Positions 47,998-61,796 of a stretch of DNA of 64,000 bases are shown here, in pieces (position 1 is the first letter of the stretch; the number at the start of each line of letters is the position of its first letter). Origin of the DNA: Chiloscyllium plagiosum (taxonomy: Eukaryota). A program made the translations under genes and the position numbers. Location of the stretch: NCBI RefSeq assembly GCF_004010195.1, contig NC_057718.1:29289206-29353205 (forward strand). The letters run 5' to 3'. The notes beneath the pieces are model-generated. The model searched no databases. It worked only from the letters and a program-made list of their open reading frames with translations, and was not told where the DNA came from.

Positions 47998-50485
47998 GAA
48001 ATCAACTAGGTAAAAACAATGACTGCAGATGCTGGAAGCCAGATTCTGGATTAGTGGTGCTGGAAAAGCACAGCAGTTCAGGCAGCATCCGAGGAGCAGT
48101 AAAATCGACGTTTCGGGCAAAAGCCCTTCATCAGGAATAAAGGCAGAGAGCCTAAANNNNNNNNNNNNNNNNNNNNNNNNNNNNNNNNNNNNNNNNNNNN
48201 NNNNNNNNNNNNNNNNNNNNNNNNNNNNNNNNNNNNNNNNNNNNNNNNNNNNNNNNNNNNNNNNNNNNNNNNNNNNNNNNNNNNNNNNNNNNNNNNNNNN
48301 NNNNNNNNNNNNNNNNNNNNNNNNNNNNNNNNNNNNNNNNNNNNNNNNNNNNNNNNNNNNNNNNNNNNNNNNNNNNNNNNNNNNNNNNNNNNNNNNNNNN
48401 NNNNNNNNNNNNNNNNNNNNNNNNNNNNNNNNNNNNNNNNNNNNNNNNNNNNNNNNNNNNNNNNNNNNNNNNNNNNNNNNNNNNNNNNNNNNNNNNNNNN
48501 NNNNNNNNNNNNNNNNNNNNNNNNNNNNNNNNNNNNNNNNNNNNNNNNNNNNNNNNNNNNNNNNNNNNNNNNNNNNNNNNNNNNNNNNNNNNNNNNNNNN
48601 NNNNNNNNNNNNNNNTGATAGGTCAGGGAGGAGGGTGGAGTGGATAGGTGGAAAAGAAGATAGGCAGGTAGGACAAGTCATGGGGTCAGTGCTGAGCTGG
48701 AAGTTTGGATCTAGGGTGAGGTGGGGGAAGGGGAAATGAAGAAGCTGTTGAAGTCCACATTGATGCCCTGGAGTTGAAGTGTTCTGACGCGGAAGATGAG
48801 GCATTCTTCCTCCAGGCGTCTGGTGGTGAGGGAGTGGCGGTGAAGGAGGCCCAGGACCTCCATGTCCTCGGCAGAGTGGGAGGGGGAATTGAAATGTTGG
48901 GCCACAGGGCGGTATGGTTGATTGGTGCGGGTGTCCCAGAGATGTTCCCTAAAGCGCTCTGCTGGGAGGCGTCCAGTCTCCCCAATGTAGAGGAGACCGC
49001 ACGGATACAATAAATGCTATTGGTGGATGTGCAGGTAAAACTTTGATGGATGTGGAAGGCTCCTTTAGGGCCTTGGATGGAGGTGAGGGAGGAGGTGTGG
49101 GCGCAGGTTTTGCAATTCCTGCGGTGGCAGGGGAAGGTGCCAGGATGGGAGGGTGGGTTGTAGGGGGGCGTGGACCTGACCAGGTAGTCACTGAGGGAAC
49201 GGTCTTTGCAGAAGGCGGAAAGGGGTGGGGAGGGAAATATATCCCAAGTGGTGGGGTCTTTTTGGAGGTGGCGGAAATGTCGGCAGATGATTTGGTTTAT
49301 GCAAAGGTTAGTAGGGTGGAAGGTGAGCACCAGGGGCGTTTTGCCCTTGTTACGGTTGGAGGGGTAGGGTCTGAGGGCAGAGGTGCGGGATGTGGACGAG
49401 ATGCGTTGGAGGGCATCTTTAACCACGGGAAATTGCGGTCACTAAAGAAGGAGGCCATCTGGTGTATTGTGTGGTGGAACAGGTCCTCCTGGGAGCAGAT
49501 ACGGCAGAGGTGGAGGAATTGGGAATACGGGATGGCATTTTTGCAAGAGGTAGGATGGGAAGAGGTGTAATCCAGGTAGCTTGAGAGTCGGTGAGTTTGT
49601 AAAAAAATGTCAGAGTCAAGTCGGTCGTCATTAATGGAGATGGAGAGGTCCAGGAAGGGGAGGGAGGTGTCAGAGATGATCCAGGTAAATTTAAGGACAG
49701 TGTGGAATGTGTTGGTGAAGTTGATGAATTGCTCAACCTCTTCGCGGGAGCACGAGGTGGCACTAATGCAGTCATCAATGTAGCGGAGGAAGAGGTGGGG
49801 AGTGGTGCCGGTGTAATTACGGAAGATTGACTGTTCTACGTAGCCAAAAAGAGACAGGCATAGCTGGGGCCCATACGTGTGCCCATGGCTACCCCTTTGG
49901 TCTGGAGGAAGTGGGAGGATTCGAAGGAGAAATTGTTAAGGGTGAGGACCAGTTCGGCCAAACGAATGAGAGTGTCGGTGGAAGGGTACTGTTGGGGACG
50001 TCGGGGGAAGAAAAAACGGAGGGCTTGGAGGCCCAGGTCATGGCAGATGGAGGTGTAGAGGGATTGGATATCCATGGTGAAGATGAGGCGTTGGGGGCCG
50101 GGTAAACGGAAGTCTTGGAGGAGGTGGAGGGTGTGGGTGGTGTCTTGAACGTATGTGGGGAGTTCCTGGACAAGAGGGGATAGGACAGTGTAGAGGTAGG
50201 TAGAAGTGAGTTCAGTGGGGCAAGTGCATGCTGAGACAATGGGTCGACCAGAGTGGTCAGGCTTGTGGATCTTGGGAAGGAGGTAGAACCGGGCAGTGCG
50301 GGGTTCCCGGACTATGAGGTTGGAAGTTGTGGGTGGGAGATCTCCTGAGGTGATGAGGTTCTGTATGGTCTGGGATATGTTGGTTTGGTGATGGGGTGGG
50401 GTCATGGTCAAGGGGGAAGTAGGAAGAGGTGGCCTCGAGTTGGCGTTTGGCTTCAGCGGTGATCTTCCAGCACCACTAATCCAGA
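47998..50485 (-). mobile_element. Penelope-like element (RT + GIY-YIG), 5'-truncated, with pLTR, intact HHR core (48107-48134) and short inverted end, in DYNC2LI1 intron 8
   Basis: FYLLPKIHKP...RPIVS, FTMDIQSLYT, GVAMGTRMGPSYACLF, CGLLYIGETGR. 14-bp TSD atctgtttgggata (47984-47997, 50486-50499). Frameshifts; gap at 48157-48615. Confidence 0.92.
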
Positions 50486-50828
50486 ATCTGTTTGGGATAT
50501 CTGAGTCAGATTGCTAGTTTTGCCCTTTTTAAAAAAAATTGTACTTTAATGCTCTGAGCTTGCAATCAATAAGAATTTGTTTGAGAAATATTGATAAATC
50601 TATTTCATGAAATATTCTTAACCTTCATTCCAACATTTAGGACGATGCTATTTGGAAATAATATCCTGGAAGCCCTGCCACCAGATCTTTAGAGGAAAAT
50701 AAAGAAATATATACTCAACACTCAAAAATATTTTTCTTTTGTTTATTTTTAATCTTTCTTGTGGCCTTATGATTTAGTTGGAAATTAGAGGAGGAACATT
50801 CATGTCAAATCATGTATCATATATTCAG

Positions 50829-50908
50829 TTTTTCAGCAATAAAATGGAAAGCACAATATCTAAAATGCGGACTATCCTGAATCATTTGGCATTCGGTACT
50901 GACAGAAG
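50829..50908 (+). CDS. DYNC2LI1: DYNC2LI1 exon 9 (FFSNKMESTISKMRTILNHLAFGTDRS)
   Basis: Homologous to [35 protein letters not shown], 80 bp keeps the frame. Confidence 0.9.
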
Positions 50909-51223
50909 GTGAGCAGCATGTATTTTATGTCAGTGCTTGTATGATGACTACTTAAATTAATAGTGGAAATAAGAGATATGGTATCATTCTTGAAAATGGA
51001 CTGCTACACAAAACCTGTCATTCTTGTAACATTCATGGATTTCCATCTGATAATTTTGATCGTTCACCCCAAAAAGCACAGTTGAATGAAATAGGAAGGG
51101 AGCCTCCTGCACAGCCAGCAGTTTTTCTTTGCCCCCTTTCCATGATTTTACAAAGCCCAAACACTTAACTAAAAATAACCATGCCATTCTTCAAGATTGC
51201 TAATGTTCTTTTGTGTTTTGCAG

Positions 51224-51294
51224 CAAAGCAGTATCTGTTGAGTACAATAAGCCACTGTTTGTTCCGGCTGGTCTGGATTCACTGAGTCTGATTG
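51224..51294 (+). CDS. DYNC2LI1: DYNC2LI1 exon 10 (KAVSVEYNKPLFVPAGLDSLSLIG)
   Basis: Conserved NKPLF..AGLDS. CAG/GTAAGT, 71 bp. Confidence 0.95.
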
Positions 51295-53406
51295 GTAAGT
51301 AAGCAACTGAAAACTATTTTAGCATATGGTAATTTATAATAGTAAGGGCTGAATTAATTATAATAATGTAATTGGGATTCAGGTTCTAGCTGACATAACC
51401 TCTATTTCTATAAGAAAGGAGATCAAAAATAGAAAGTTGTTCCTTGGGATTCACTTCATGATTTTCCTGTGACTGGGCATAATTTGTCTTGCCTAGTTTT
51501 AGTGATGTGACTTGGAAAAAAACAGGTTCCTAGGGGGAAAAAAAAGCCTTTTTATCATTCAGTGAGGTCACTGATCTCTTGTCACAAAAGGACAAGCTCC
51601 TCTAATAATAACAGTACCTTCACAAATCCGAAAACTGGACAAACAGCCCTAAAGTTTCCTTTGTTTATAATCTACCAGCCAGTTGTATTTTTGAGTTAAA
51701 ATAATATTTTGCACCACAGCCTTTATAAAGCCCCAGAAATTATTTATAACTATTTAAATGGTTTTTGGCCACAATTCTTTTATTGTGGCATTACATGTTT
51801 GCCTATTTTTGAATAGATGAAAAGGAAGCTCAATGTTCAACTCCTAGAATTTCTTTTTTTTTGTTGTTACTTATTTTAGTAGTATGTGTTTTTATTGTAT
51901 TTATCCCATAATTATTATATTTTAGGAACAATTTCTATTTACTCTATACATTTAAGCTTGTTTTAAATATTCAAAACAGACCAATGTTACCATGAAGTCC
52001 AGCAAACTGTGCATTGATAATGAAGCATTTACAAAACTTCAGAAGAACAACAACTTGCATTTACATAGTATGTGCAACATAGTGAAACATCCCAACGACA
52101 TTGAAGTCTTAGAACAGGTGACAAAAATATTGTTCACAGAGGATTTAGTGATCATCTTAAAGGAGTAGAGGGGGATAGATATACTTGGGAGAAATTGCAG
52201 TGCTTTGGGGGAAGCCAGTTGAAGACATGTGGGGGGGAATAATGGAGCATTAAGACTGGAGATGTGCAAGACATCAAATTTGGAAGAGCCCAGAGAAAGG
52301 GAAATAGGGAAGAGTGATATCATTGCAGAAATTTGAATTCCATGATAAGAATTTTTAAGAAGTCAAGACCTTTCTGTTACTCAAATAAGCCGGGCTTGGT
52401 GATAGGACAAAAGTTAAAGGAAGACCTTCTACCTGCATCTACGTCAGCTCGAGGATCCACTTGCTATTTAGATGTAAACTACAGAATGCCAATGGCTAGG
52501 AGCAAGTAAAGACAAAGTATGTTAATTGCTTAGAACATACTCCCAAGGCAGGAGTTTCCTATTTAGATGTTATAAGATATAAAGCCTATCAATATAATCA
52601 GTGGAAACCTGAATAAAGTTGACTGCATATGCTATTATTCCACTGTTAACTGTGTACCATATCAATCAAGCTGAGAGTGACCAGGGACCAGGAATATTGC
52701 AGAAAGAAGCCCAGAGTATCATGTGTATAGCTGTGAGTGGTGAGAGTGGAAGCCAAACTAGTACAGAGTTTTGCAAAACAGCATGGAGTGTGGAGGAAAT
52801 GGTATATTTGAGTCTCTTGGAGAGAAAAGAAGTTAATATAGTAGTTGAAGAGAGTGGGTGCTTTAAGGGTCAATTTCTTTGTTATTTAGTTTGTACTTAA
52901 CACAAAGCATTTTTGTATCTGCTTTAATTGACCAAAAATATGTCTTAATACTTATAAAATACCCAGCAGATCTGGTAGGATCTGTGGAGAGAGAAACTTT
53001 GTCTGAGTTTGAGGTCAGTGAGTTTTCTGTCATGAAATTTGATTGAAGTTCATTGACTTGAAATGAACTCTGTATTATTGCTAATTCTTACATCCTAGGC
53101 AAAATCAGCAGAGAGTGAAAAATCAAACCTGGGGCTCTCCTGGTCTGTGGAGTTCAGTATCACCCTAAACAAATACCTGCTGTGTACTTACAGATGTTTC
53201 ATGCTTAAAAGTTGGCTTTTTAGTTGCTATTACTTGTATATTCAACATTATACTCTGACTTAAAAATCCAAAAATGCATTAGCATCAGGGGGTAGATTTA
53301 ATTTGATGAGCAAGAATTATGTTATTAAATCTGCCATCAAATACTATGGTAGAATCATGGGTATTTTCTAACATATATCATATATGTTTTTTTAATATAT
53401 GCACAG

Positions 53407-53504
53407 GGTCTCCACCAGCTACTGAAATTGACTTAGGGAAGATAAATGCACGGAATCCTGTTGATCTGTGGAAGAAAGTATATGAAAAGCTGTTTCCATC
53501 TGAG
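53407..53504 (+). CDS. DYNC2LI1: DYNC2LI1 exon 11 ([32 protein letters not shown])
   Basis: Conserved [20 protein letters not shown], 98 bp. Confidence 0.95.
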
Positions 53505-53809
53505 GTAACCTGTAAACTAATGGTCCAAAGCATTATTTTCCTGCCTGCAGATTTCTTTAAGCTGCTCTGTTAACTATATTATTTCTAAGTACAAAATTTA
53601 TTTCATAACTGGAAATATTATTGTCAGCTGCAGTAAAGGCTGAACTATAATTGAGACCAATTTAGAGGAGCATTATTGTGTACTTGATTGTGTGTATCTC
53701 ATGAGAAAATACTTGTCACTGATACGGGCTGAAATCTAATTCTGTAATCTGTATAGACATGTTTGGTATGCGTTTAGACATGTTCACTGGCATCTGACTA
53801 TCTGACCAT

Positions 53810-54290
53810 CTGACTAACGAGGTAAAAACTTAGCAAATGGAATAAATTGTGGTGAAATGTGAGGTTATACACTTTGATAGAAATGATAGAAGAGTTGCAT
53901 ATTATTTAAATTGAGAAAGACTGCAGAAAGCTATGGAACAGAAGGATTTGTAAGTTCTCATCCAAGAATCACAAAAATCTAGTATCCAATTTCAGCAGGT
54001 AATGAGGAAGGCAAATGGAATGTTAGCCTTTCTTTCAAAGGGAGCATAAAAGTAGGGAGGTTTTGATAAAACTATACAAGGCACTAGGAGGAATTTCTTC
54101 ACTCAGGATTGGGAATCTGTGTTTTTTTTTCCTCAGAAAGCTGTTGAGGCTAAGATGGACAGATTTTTGATCAGTAAGGGAATTAAGGGTAATGGAGAAA
54201 AGTTTGGGGATTATCAAATCAGCCTTGATCTCATTGAATGGTGAAGCTGACGCAAAGGGCTGAATGGCCTTCTTTAACCCTAAATCTTAT
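53810..54290 (+). mobile_element. Degenerate CR1 3' fragment
   Basis: tgtgaggttatacacttt, aaggcaaatggaatgttagcc and a CR1-type 3' UTR. Confidence 0.7.
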
Positions 54291-55029
54291 GAGAAAGCTC
54301 GCCAGATTGAGTTCAAATCAGCTGGTTTAAAAACTGACTGTTGAGGTTTTTGGTGAATCATAGGTCTTAACATTGACATCCTGTCTTCCAGACCTTTGCC
54401 AGCCAATCAGGGATCCTACAGATTGCCTTCGGAGGCCAATTTTCAAAGGGGCTGATAGTGAGTTGGTAAGTCAGGTCTCGTGGAGAGGAGAGCTGAGGGG
54501 AGAGGTCGGAGCCAGGAACAGAATGGCTTTCTGTGGCCATCTCTTTGCCCCACCCATCCATGCCCTGATTGGTCCCAGCTTGGGATAATAAGAGACCTTC
54601 ACTAACAGCCCAACCTGACCAGCAAGTCACCCTGATTTTCCAGTCAAGAAACCGGCCATTTATCCTACTTGTTGAGAAGACAGGAAATTGGACTCAATAG
54701 TGGGTTGAAGCTCTAATGGCCTCTTTAGCCACTTACTGACCACTTTAAGGACCTTAAGAATTGAGAGGGTCTCAACTTGATGAATTGCTGAGGTGGCCCG
54801 AAGGCCAGTATTTCTCCAGGGCCAATTTTTCCAATTATTTGCTCTTCTCTCAAATAGGTGCAGTCGTTTTAATGAATGTCCGGTAAGGGGCTTCATGACA
54901 ACCCCAAAGTAATTTTTGGATGGAATGATGTTCAGACAAGATCCTGTCCATTTATTGTATCAGCTTAAGTGGATATGCAAATTTTCACATCACACTAAAA
55001 CAATATGATGCTCAAGCCAATATTCGAGA

Positions 55030-55540
55030 CAAAAAGACTGCAGTTACTGGAATCTAAAATAGACAAACAGGAGCCTGGAAGAACATAGCAAGCCAGGCAG
55101 CATCAGGAGGTGGAGAAGTCGATATTTTGAGTCGAGACCCTTCACCAGAATTGGGGAAGAGGAATAGAGCTCAAATAAATAGAGGAAGGGAGTGGGTAGG
55201 TATGGTAGCGATAGGTGGATGCAGGGTGGGTGTTATTGTGATAGGTCAGTGGAAATGGTGGAGCAAATAGCTGGGAAGGAAGATGGAGGGGTAGGGTCAG
55301 GTCAAAGAGGTGGGGAGGAGAGAAAGGGGTTGGGGAGATAGTGAGGTGAAAAATGGAATGGAAGTGAGAAGGCTGGGTTGGAAAGAGAGCCAGGGGATAG
55401 GTGAAAAGATTATTTGAAATTGGAGAACTCAATATTAAGTCCTCCACGCTATTGGCTGCCTAGGTGGAAGATGAGGTGTTGTTCCTTCATTATGCGATCT
55501 GATTCACTGCAGCAATGGAGGAGGCTGAGGATGGACAAGC
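55030..55540 (-). mobile_element. Penelope-like pLTR/3' fragment (related fragment at 32460-32700)
   Basis: caagccaggcagcatcaggagg pLTR and a degenerate HHR core. Confidence 0.7.
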
Positions 55541-56510
55541 CAATGTTCTACCTATTTCCCAATTAGCTAAGTTTTTTAAAAAATTATTTGTTTTGTGCCT
55601 GTTTATGGATTACTGCTGATGAAAGATTCTTGCATTTGCCTGTGTCACAACAATTATAGGACTTTAAATGTAGTTCATAGTATGCTTTTCTTCATTTGTT
55701 CATTGATATCCCCATCCCTAGTTGCCCATGACAAGTTACTGGTGAGCTGCCTGCCTTAATTTCTGCAGTATATTTGCTGTAGGTAAACCTACAATGTCGT
55801 TAGAGGGGGACCTAGGTTAGAGACCTTTAATACGATGAGTGCTATCTAAGTACAGATTTTGAAAGATTGGATGTTCTCTTTGATGTCACTAGAGCAGAAA
55901 ATGATAATTTTGCTGAAGGGTATCCATATAAAATATTTACTCCTTAGCTATTTCAAAGTGCACATGCTGAAGACAATATGAACATTGTACAGACAGTCCC
56001 CAGATTGTGAACAGGTTCTGTTTTTGAGTCTGTACCCAAGTTGATTCGTTCACAAGTCCAAATACAATACAGGACAATATAAAGGAGCCATTGATAAGTA
56101 CAGGAAAAGTTAGTTTGCCAGGTCTTACAAACACAAACTCAGAAAGTGGTGTAGTTTTAAAGTTGAGTGTTCATAATCAGGGTCTCTTTGTATTATGAAG
56201 ATGGATTTAGATTAGACATTTAGGTTTCTGTTCCTAAACCCTTCCAAGGTGCTACCTTTCTCCATGTCATCAAAAGCTCTTTGATACTTATTTATTGGCA
56301 ACATCTTTAGTCATTTCTGTTCTTTCCTCAAACAGCTTTTCAGTTTTACTGCCACCTTCCTGTGCAGAGTACTGAATGGTTTAATGTTAGTACACATATT
56401 CAGCGCAACTGTTGAGTATTAATTTGACATAGAAATTCCGAAACCTTAATTCTTGTATTGCAGTTATAGCTATTTAATTTTAATTTTAGCAAATTGCTTT
56501 GAACGTATAG

Positions 56511-56603
56511 AATACCAGCGAATTGAAATATGTGGAAGATCCTGCTAAAAACCCACAATATGCTGAACCTGAAGTGGATGCAATGAGGGCACAGAAGGAT
56601 CAG
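56511..56603 (+). CDS. DYNC2LI1: DYNC2LI1 exon 12 (NTSELKYVEDPAKNPQYAEPEVDAMRAQKDQ)
   Basis: Conserved DPA..PQYAE.EVD.MR.QKD. TAG/GTAACC, 93 bp. Not in the ORF track. Confidence 0.93.
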
Positions 56604-56902
56604 GTAACCTTTATGATTCAGAATGATTGCAATCGGATTTCTCCAGTATTCCAAAGTGAAACCTTGCCTGATAAACCATAAGTTTCAAATTTGCTAGTTG
56701 GTGGTCAGTCGCTGAATATGTTCACAAGAGACTGCCATGTACTAATAGCAAAGGAACTCCAGGGTGCTTGATAAGAAAGGGGGTGAAAGGTTTTCGGGGA
56801 TAAGCAAGAATGTGGAGTGTGCAGATCAGCCATGACCTTATTGAATGGCAGCGCAGGCACAAGAGCCTGATCGGTGTGTTTGAAATGGTGTTATCGCAAG
56901 TC

Positions 56903-57120
56903 CAGTCAGTTCTGTTATAATGCGGTAATTCCATTCTCATGCAATCCTGTGTTATAAGAAAATCATGTAATAGCAGCACCATTTAAACTAATAGAGCCGG
57001 AATCATGTTATAGCCAATACATGCTTTAAAAGTTCATGCTTTAGAAACAGCATCCCCAATTCGTCAATTGCGTTATAGCAAATTTGCATTCACGAAACAC
57101 CCATTATAGCAGATTGAACG
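56903..57120. mobile_element. Putative Tc1/mariner (Tigger-like) MITE
   Basis: Imperfect terminal inverted repeats cagtcagttctgttataatgcg ... ccattatagcagattga. Internal gttata repeats. Confidence 0.5.
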
Positions 57121-58844
57121 CTTTTACCCTCAACAATGACCTTCAAACTTCAGTGAAGGAACAGCCGTATCTACTTTAAAGTTCCTTGTTCGATTGCACA
57201 GCTCTAATTGGTTTCTTTTCAGCATATTTCACTCAATGCTATTTCTATCATTAACGTCACTTTCTGAGACCCTTAAACTGCTAATACAGCTCACTCATTT
57301 CTTAACTCCTCTTCCATACCCTTGTGTTTCTGTAACTTTCGTCTTACTGTCATTAAGTCACTATTAGGCCCTATTTTGCAAACTGCTAAACTGCACTACC
57401 ACTGTTAAAGACCTTTTTTCCCCAAAACATCTGATTCTTTCTGAAAGAAGCCTTCACACACTACGTGGCCTTCTGGATGGTTCTTAATTTCTGGTGTGAT
57501 GGGACACAATGTAGCTTTATTTTAAGAAAACTCCTCCTTTTCACTGTCATGAGAGCAGAAAGTAATTTAAAAGAGGAAATCCAAATAAAATATTTGCTCC
57601 TAAATCCAAACTGTTCATTTAGCAAGTCTGCTATTTCCTTATTTTTAATTTTTTTTTACTTGAATCTGTGTTTAATAGACCACATTTACTTTTAATTGTG
57701 TTTTCTCTTTGTATACATAGTAAAAAAAAAACTTCTGCCATTAGTTTTGACACCACTTTCTTTTGCATCTTATTGCTTTATTTGTATCGATTTGTGATAA
57801 CTATCTTTTTAGAAGTATGTTATGATTTGTACCATGCCATGTAACTTGAATACAACTTTATTCATCTTTAGGTGTACCTAATAAATCAACTTGTGCACTG
57901 TGGTCAGTTTATTTAACATCCAAAAGTTTAACATCCAAACATTTGGCTAACGTAATTGAAATTTATCAAGCATTATTGCAAAATACCTGGGTGAAAGTTG
58001 AAATGATGATTCATACCTTTGTGCTTGTACTATAGGTTTACTTCTCAGGACATGTATATTAATTGACCAGAATCACTCTATCAAGAGTTGTTTTTGACTC
58101 TTCCTTTGAAAGCTTGTCAGTTAATTAAAGAGGTCAATTGGGGTTTTTCTACTGCAGTTCATGTGGTGCATTGTTCCCTAGTTACCTTCCGTAAAGTCAA
58201 TCAATACTCCGTCCAAAGGTAAATAGCTGTATAATTATGCTTGAATGATCAAGATTTCGTGATCCCGTTGTACTATGAACTCAAATTGGATAAACCATTT
58301 CATGTGAGTGTAGCCTTGAACAAAAGTTTAATAACCCCTTCAAGTTTATCGTCTGTAATTATTTTTGATTACTTCAATTTATCTGAAATGTCATGCTTCT
58401 TTCTTTCTGAATATTTTATTGATGGTCTAATGCATATTTAAAATGAATAATTTTGACTGTTTATATAGGATATTTGCATTTAAAGTTGTCCCATTTAGCG
58501 TTTCTTGCATTTTAATGTCAGTAAGTCATTAGGACCAGAAATCCATTGAGCATTGTGAGATTAGCTTTCTGTAGAACCTTACTTGACCTAGTTAGTGCCA
58601 CTTTGGCATAACCTCCTTCTCTCTGATTTGCTTGCAGCCTCCCAACTTTTGGCCTCTCTCCAGGCCACTGTCCAAGATCTACAGTAGGGACCCTTGATTG
58701 ACCAGCTGTCCGCCAGAGCTGCCACCTGCCCCGATCACATCCTGAGAAACTGTGCAGGCTGCTGCCAACACACAGGATCTGCCCAAATATGACCTGTCTG
58801 CCCCAACTGAATTTGGCAGCCACATTCTCCTCTTCCTGATCTAT

Positions 58845-59540
58845 GGGGTGGCACGGTGACTTAGTGAATAGTACTATTGCCTCACAGCCAGGGACCCAGG
58901 TTCGCTTCCACCTTGCGCAACTGTCTCTGTGGAGTTTAAGTTCTCCTGTGTCTGCGTGGGTTTGCTTTGATTTCCTTTCACAATCCGAAGATGTACAGAT
59001 GAGGTGGATTGGCCATGGTAAATTGCCCATAGTGTCCATGCATGTGCAGTGGTATTGGAGGCAATTCAGAGGACGGTCACTAGATTGATCCTGGAGATGT
59101 TTGTCATATGAAGAGAAATTGAACAATTTAGGCCTGTACTCTTTGGAATTTAGAAGACTGAAGGGAGATCAAATTGAGGTATTTAAGATGATAAAAGATA
59201 TGGATAAAATAGACATGGAGTGGATGCATCCTCTTGTGGGGCACTCTTAGACAAGACGTGATAGTCTTAGGATAAGGGGTAGCAAATTTAAAAGAGTAGA
59301 GGAAAACTACTCCCATAGGGTTGTGAATCTGTGGAATTTGCTATCTCAAAGTGCGGTGAATGCTGGGACAGTGAGTAAATTTAAGGAGGAGTTAGACAGA
59401 TTTTCAATTGGTAATGGTTTGAAGGTTTATGGAAGGAAGGCAGGAAAATTTGAGGTGAGGAGCAAATCAGCCATGATCGAATGGTAGACCAGACTCTACG
59501 TGTTAAATGGCCTAACTCTGTTCCTATATCTTATGAACTA
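58845..59540 (+). mobile_element. Degenerate HE1-like SINE (58845-59050) followed by a CR1 3' end (59085-59540)
   Basis: SINE head ggggtggcacggtg; CR1 YEEKL..LGLYSLE.RRL.GD.IEVFK. Confidence 0.75.
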
Positions 59541-60780
59541 CTATCCACTGTTGCTCTGTAATACTCTCCGCTTTGGTGTGTGTCCGTCCTGAACAGTGTC
59601 AAATTTCAGTAAGATAAGTAAAATGACTTGGCTTTGATTAGATGCAATAATGCTGTGCAAGATACCAAAATATCTTCCTTGTCCTTTAGTAACCCGTTGC
59701 ATTATCTCTTTTGTAATCCATTAAATGAATTGCGTGTTTAACACTTGACAGTGTATGTTAGTTTACAATAAAAATGCAGCAAACAACTAGATTGTAAAAT
59801 AAAATTCATAGCTTTGATGGATATGTAGCTTGTCAGTGCTGGTTTTCTAAGTATTAAGATAGAAATGTAAACTTCAGTTTTGATAGAAATTAGGAGAATA
59901 TAAATGAGACTTGCTTGGAAACCGCACCAAAAACATTTATTTTTGGCTGGATTAAGGTATGTTGGTTAAATCCAGAATCCAACTTCGTGAAAATTTGCTT
60001 GCAGTATGATCCCTCTTTCTAAAGGTACAATGAGATGATAAGATGTAGAAGCAGGCATTAAGGCCATTGATTCTTCTCCACTGTTCAATGATGACTCTGA
60101 ACTGTATTTCCCTGTCTTTGTCCTGTAACCCTTGAATTTTGTTGCTTATTCCCATACTGTTGTGACTTTGTGTGTTTAACTTCAGTACTGTTTTCAGTTT
60201 GTAATTGCATGATGCAGGTTTATAATGCATATTTTTGTTTGAGGACTAAGGTAGAAAAACAATGTTTAACTTGAATTTTGACCATTAAGATGGCAAAATG
60301 TGATTTTTAGTTTCACTTTAGATTTGTTCTGTATGTGGTACCAAGGTGCCTCAAGACAGGAATCCAGTCACATAAAAGATCATAACAGTCCAGGTGAAGG
60401 CAGGCACTGTGCAGATTCAGTCAGAGAAGAGGCCCTTAACACCAGTAGTGTTGTTATTAGCTGTTGATTCAATCAGGACTGAGGGGAAAAAAAAGTCCTG
60501 AGTTGCTTAGAAGAAAACTCCACAAGCAAGAGGCTGTCAGAAACGGCATCTTACAACTGTTGAAGATATGGGTTTAAGGAGTCATCTCTGGTAATATATG
60601 AGCTCACTTAGCAGCTTGTTTAATGGTTTCAGGAATGTACACTAAAATTAAACTGATTTAAAGCAGTGCCAGCTTTAGAGTAGAGAGAGACCTGACATTC
60701 TATTGATGTTTGACTATCTGTAAACTGTTATGGGGGAATAAAGGGTTGAATCTTCTCTAGTAAGTTTGTGTTATTTTGTT

Positions 60781-61091
60781 TAGATTCCATTCCCTAATGT
60801 GTGGAAACAGGCCCTTCGGACCAACTAGTCCACACCTACCCTCCGAAGAGTAACCCACCCAGATCCATTCCCCCTACCTAATGCACCTAACGCTACAGGA
60901 AATTTAGCATAACCAATTCACGTAACCTGCACATCTTTGGACTGTGGGAGGAAACCAGAGCACCCGGAGGAAACCCACACAGACATAGGGAAAATGTGCA
61001 AACTCCACACAGACAGTCACCCGAGGCTGGAATCGAACCCGGGTCCCTGGCACTGTGAGGCAGCAGTGCTAACCACTGAGCCACCATGCCG
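60781..61091 (-). mobile_element. HE1/V-SINE-like tRNA SINE
   Basis: Reverse complement of the SINE consensus seen at 45712. Confidence 0.88.
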
Positions 61092-61796
61092 TTAAAGTAC
61101 TTTGGCAGCTTGTTGTGAACAGGTTCAGTGGCTACTACGGTAAACATAAAGAAAACAAAACTTATGGTCTGTTGATTTAATTAATTTTTCTTTAGGATTT
61201 CAACCCCTAATTATTGTTTCTTCACAGCTACTTAAGTTGTCAACCTAGACTGGGACCATGCTAGGCATCCAATTCAGACAACCTACTAATACATGTGAAA
61301 ACCCCTACAAGTGCCATTCTTGTGGAGTTTATTCAGTGTGAGTTCCCCTTTGTAACAGGCAATAGCCTGCTTGGCTGGACCTCCTCACCTGAGCCCTTTA
61401 TAAGCATACCCAAGGGTTGTCATGGCACACTGGTAGTGTCCCTGCTTATGGACGAATAGGCCTGGGTTCAAATCCCACTTGCATCAGTAGTGTGTGGTGA
61501 CATTTCTGGACAGACTGATTAGAAAACAAAACACAGACTGAGTTTGGTGGTGGGAAGATCACTCAGTTGTGCATGATAACTGACTGCCCTCTTCGGCTAT
61601 GATTGTGCCTGAGTGTCCTTGTAGAGGAAGCATACAGTGTCCACCAATGCTTTCGATGCCTATAGAGAAAGATGAACACCACAGTGCTTTATCTTCTCAT
61701 CCGACTCCATTTTGATTGAGTGCTTTTCCCCTCTCCCTACCTCCTCCTCATTTTTGATTGTTTGCATTGCCCTTAATGGGGCTCTTCCTTTAATGA

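Noticed and set aside
47935..48804. 289-aa and 236-aa ORFs
   Set aside because: Artefacts of reading through the N gap at 48157-48615.
58518..59126. 202-aa minus-strand ORF
   Set aside because: It crosses CR1 and SINE remnants in antisense, so it is a chance open frame.
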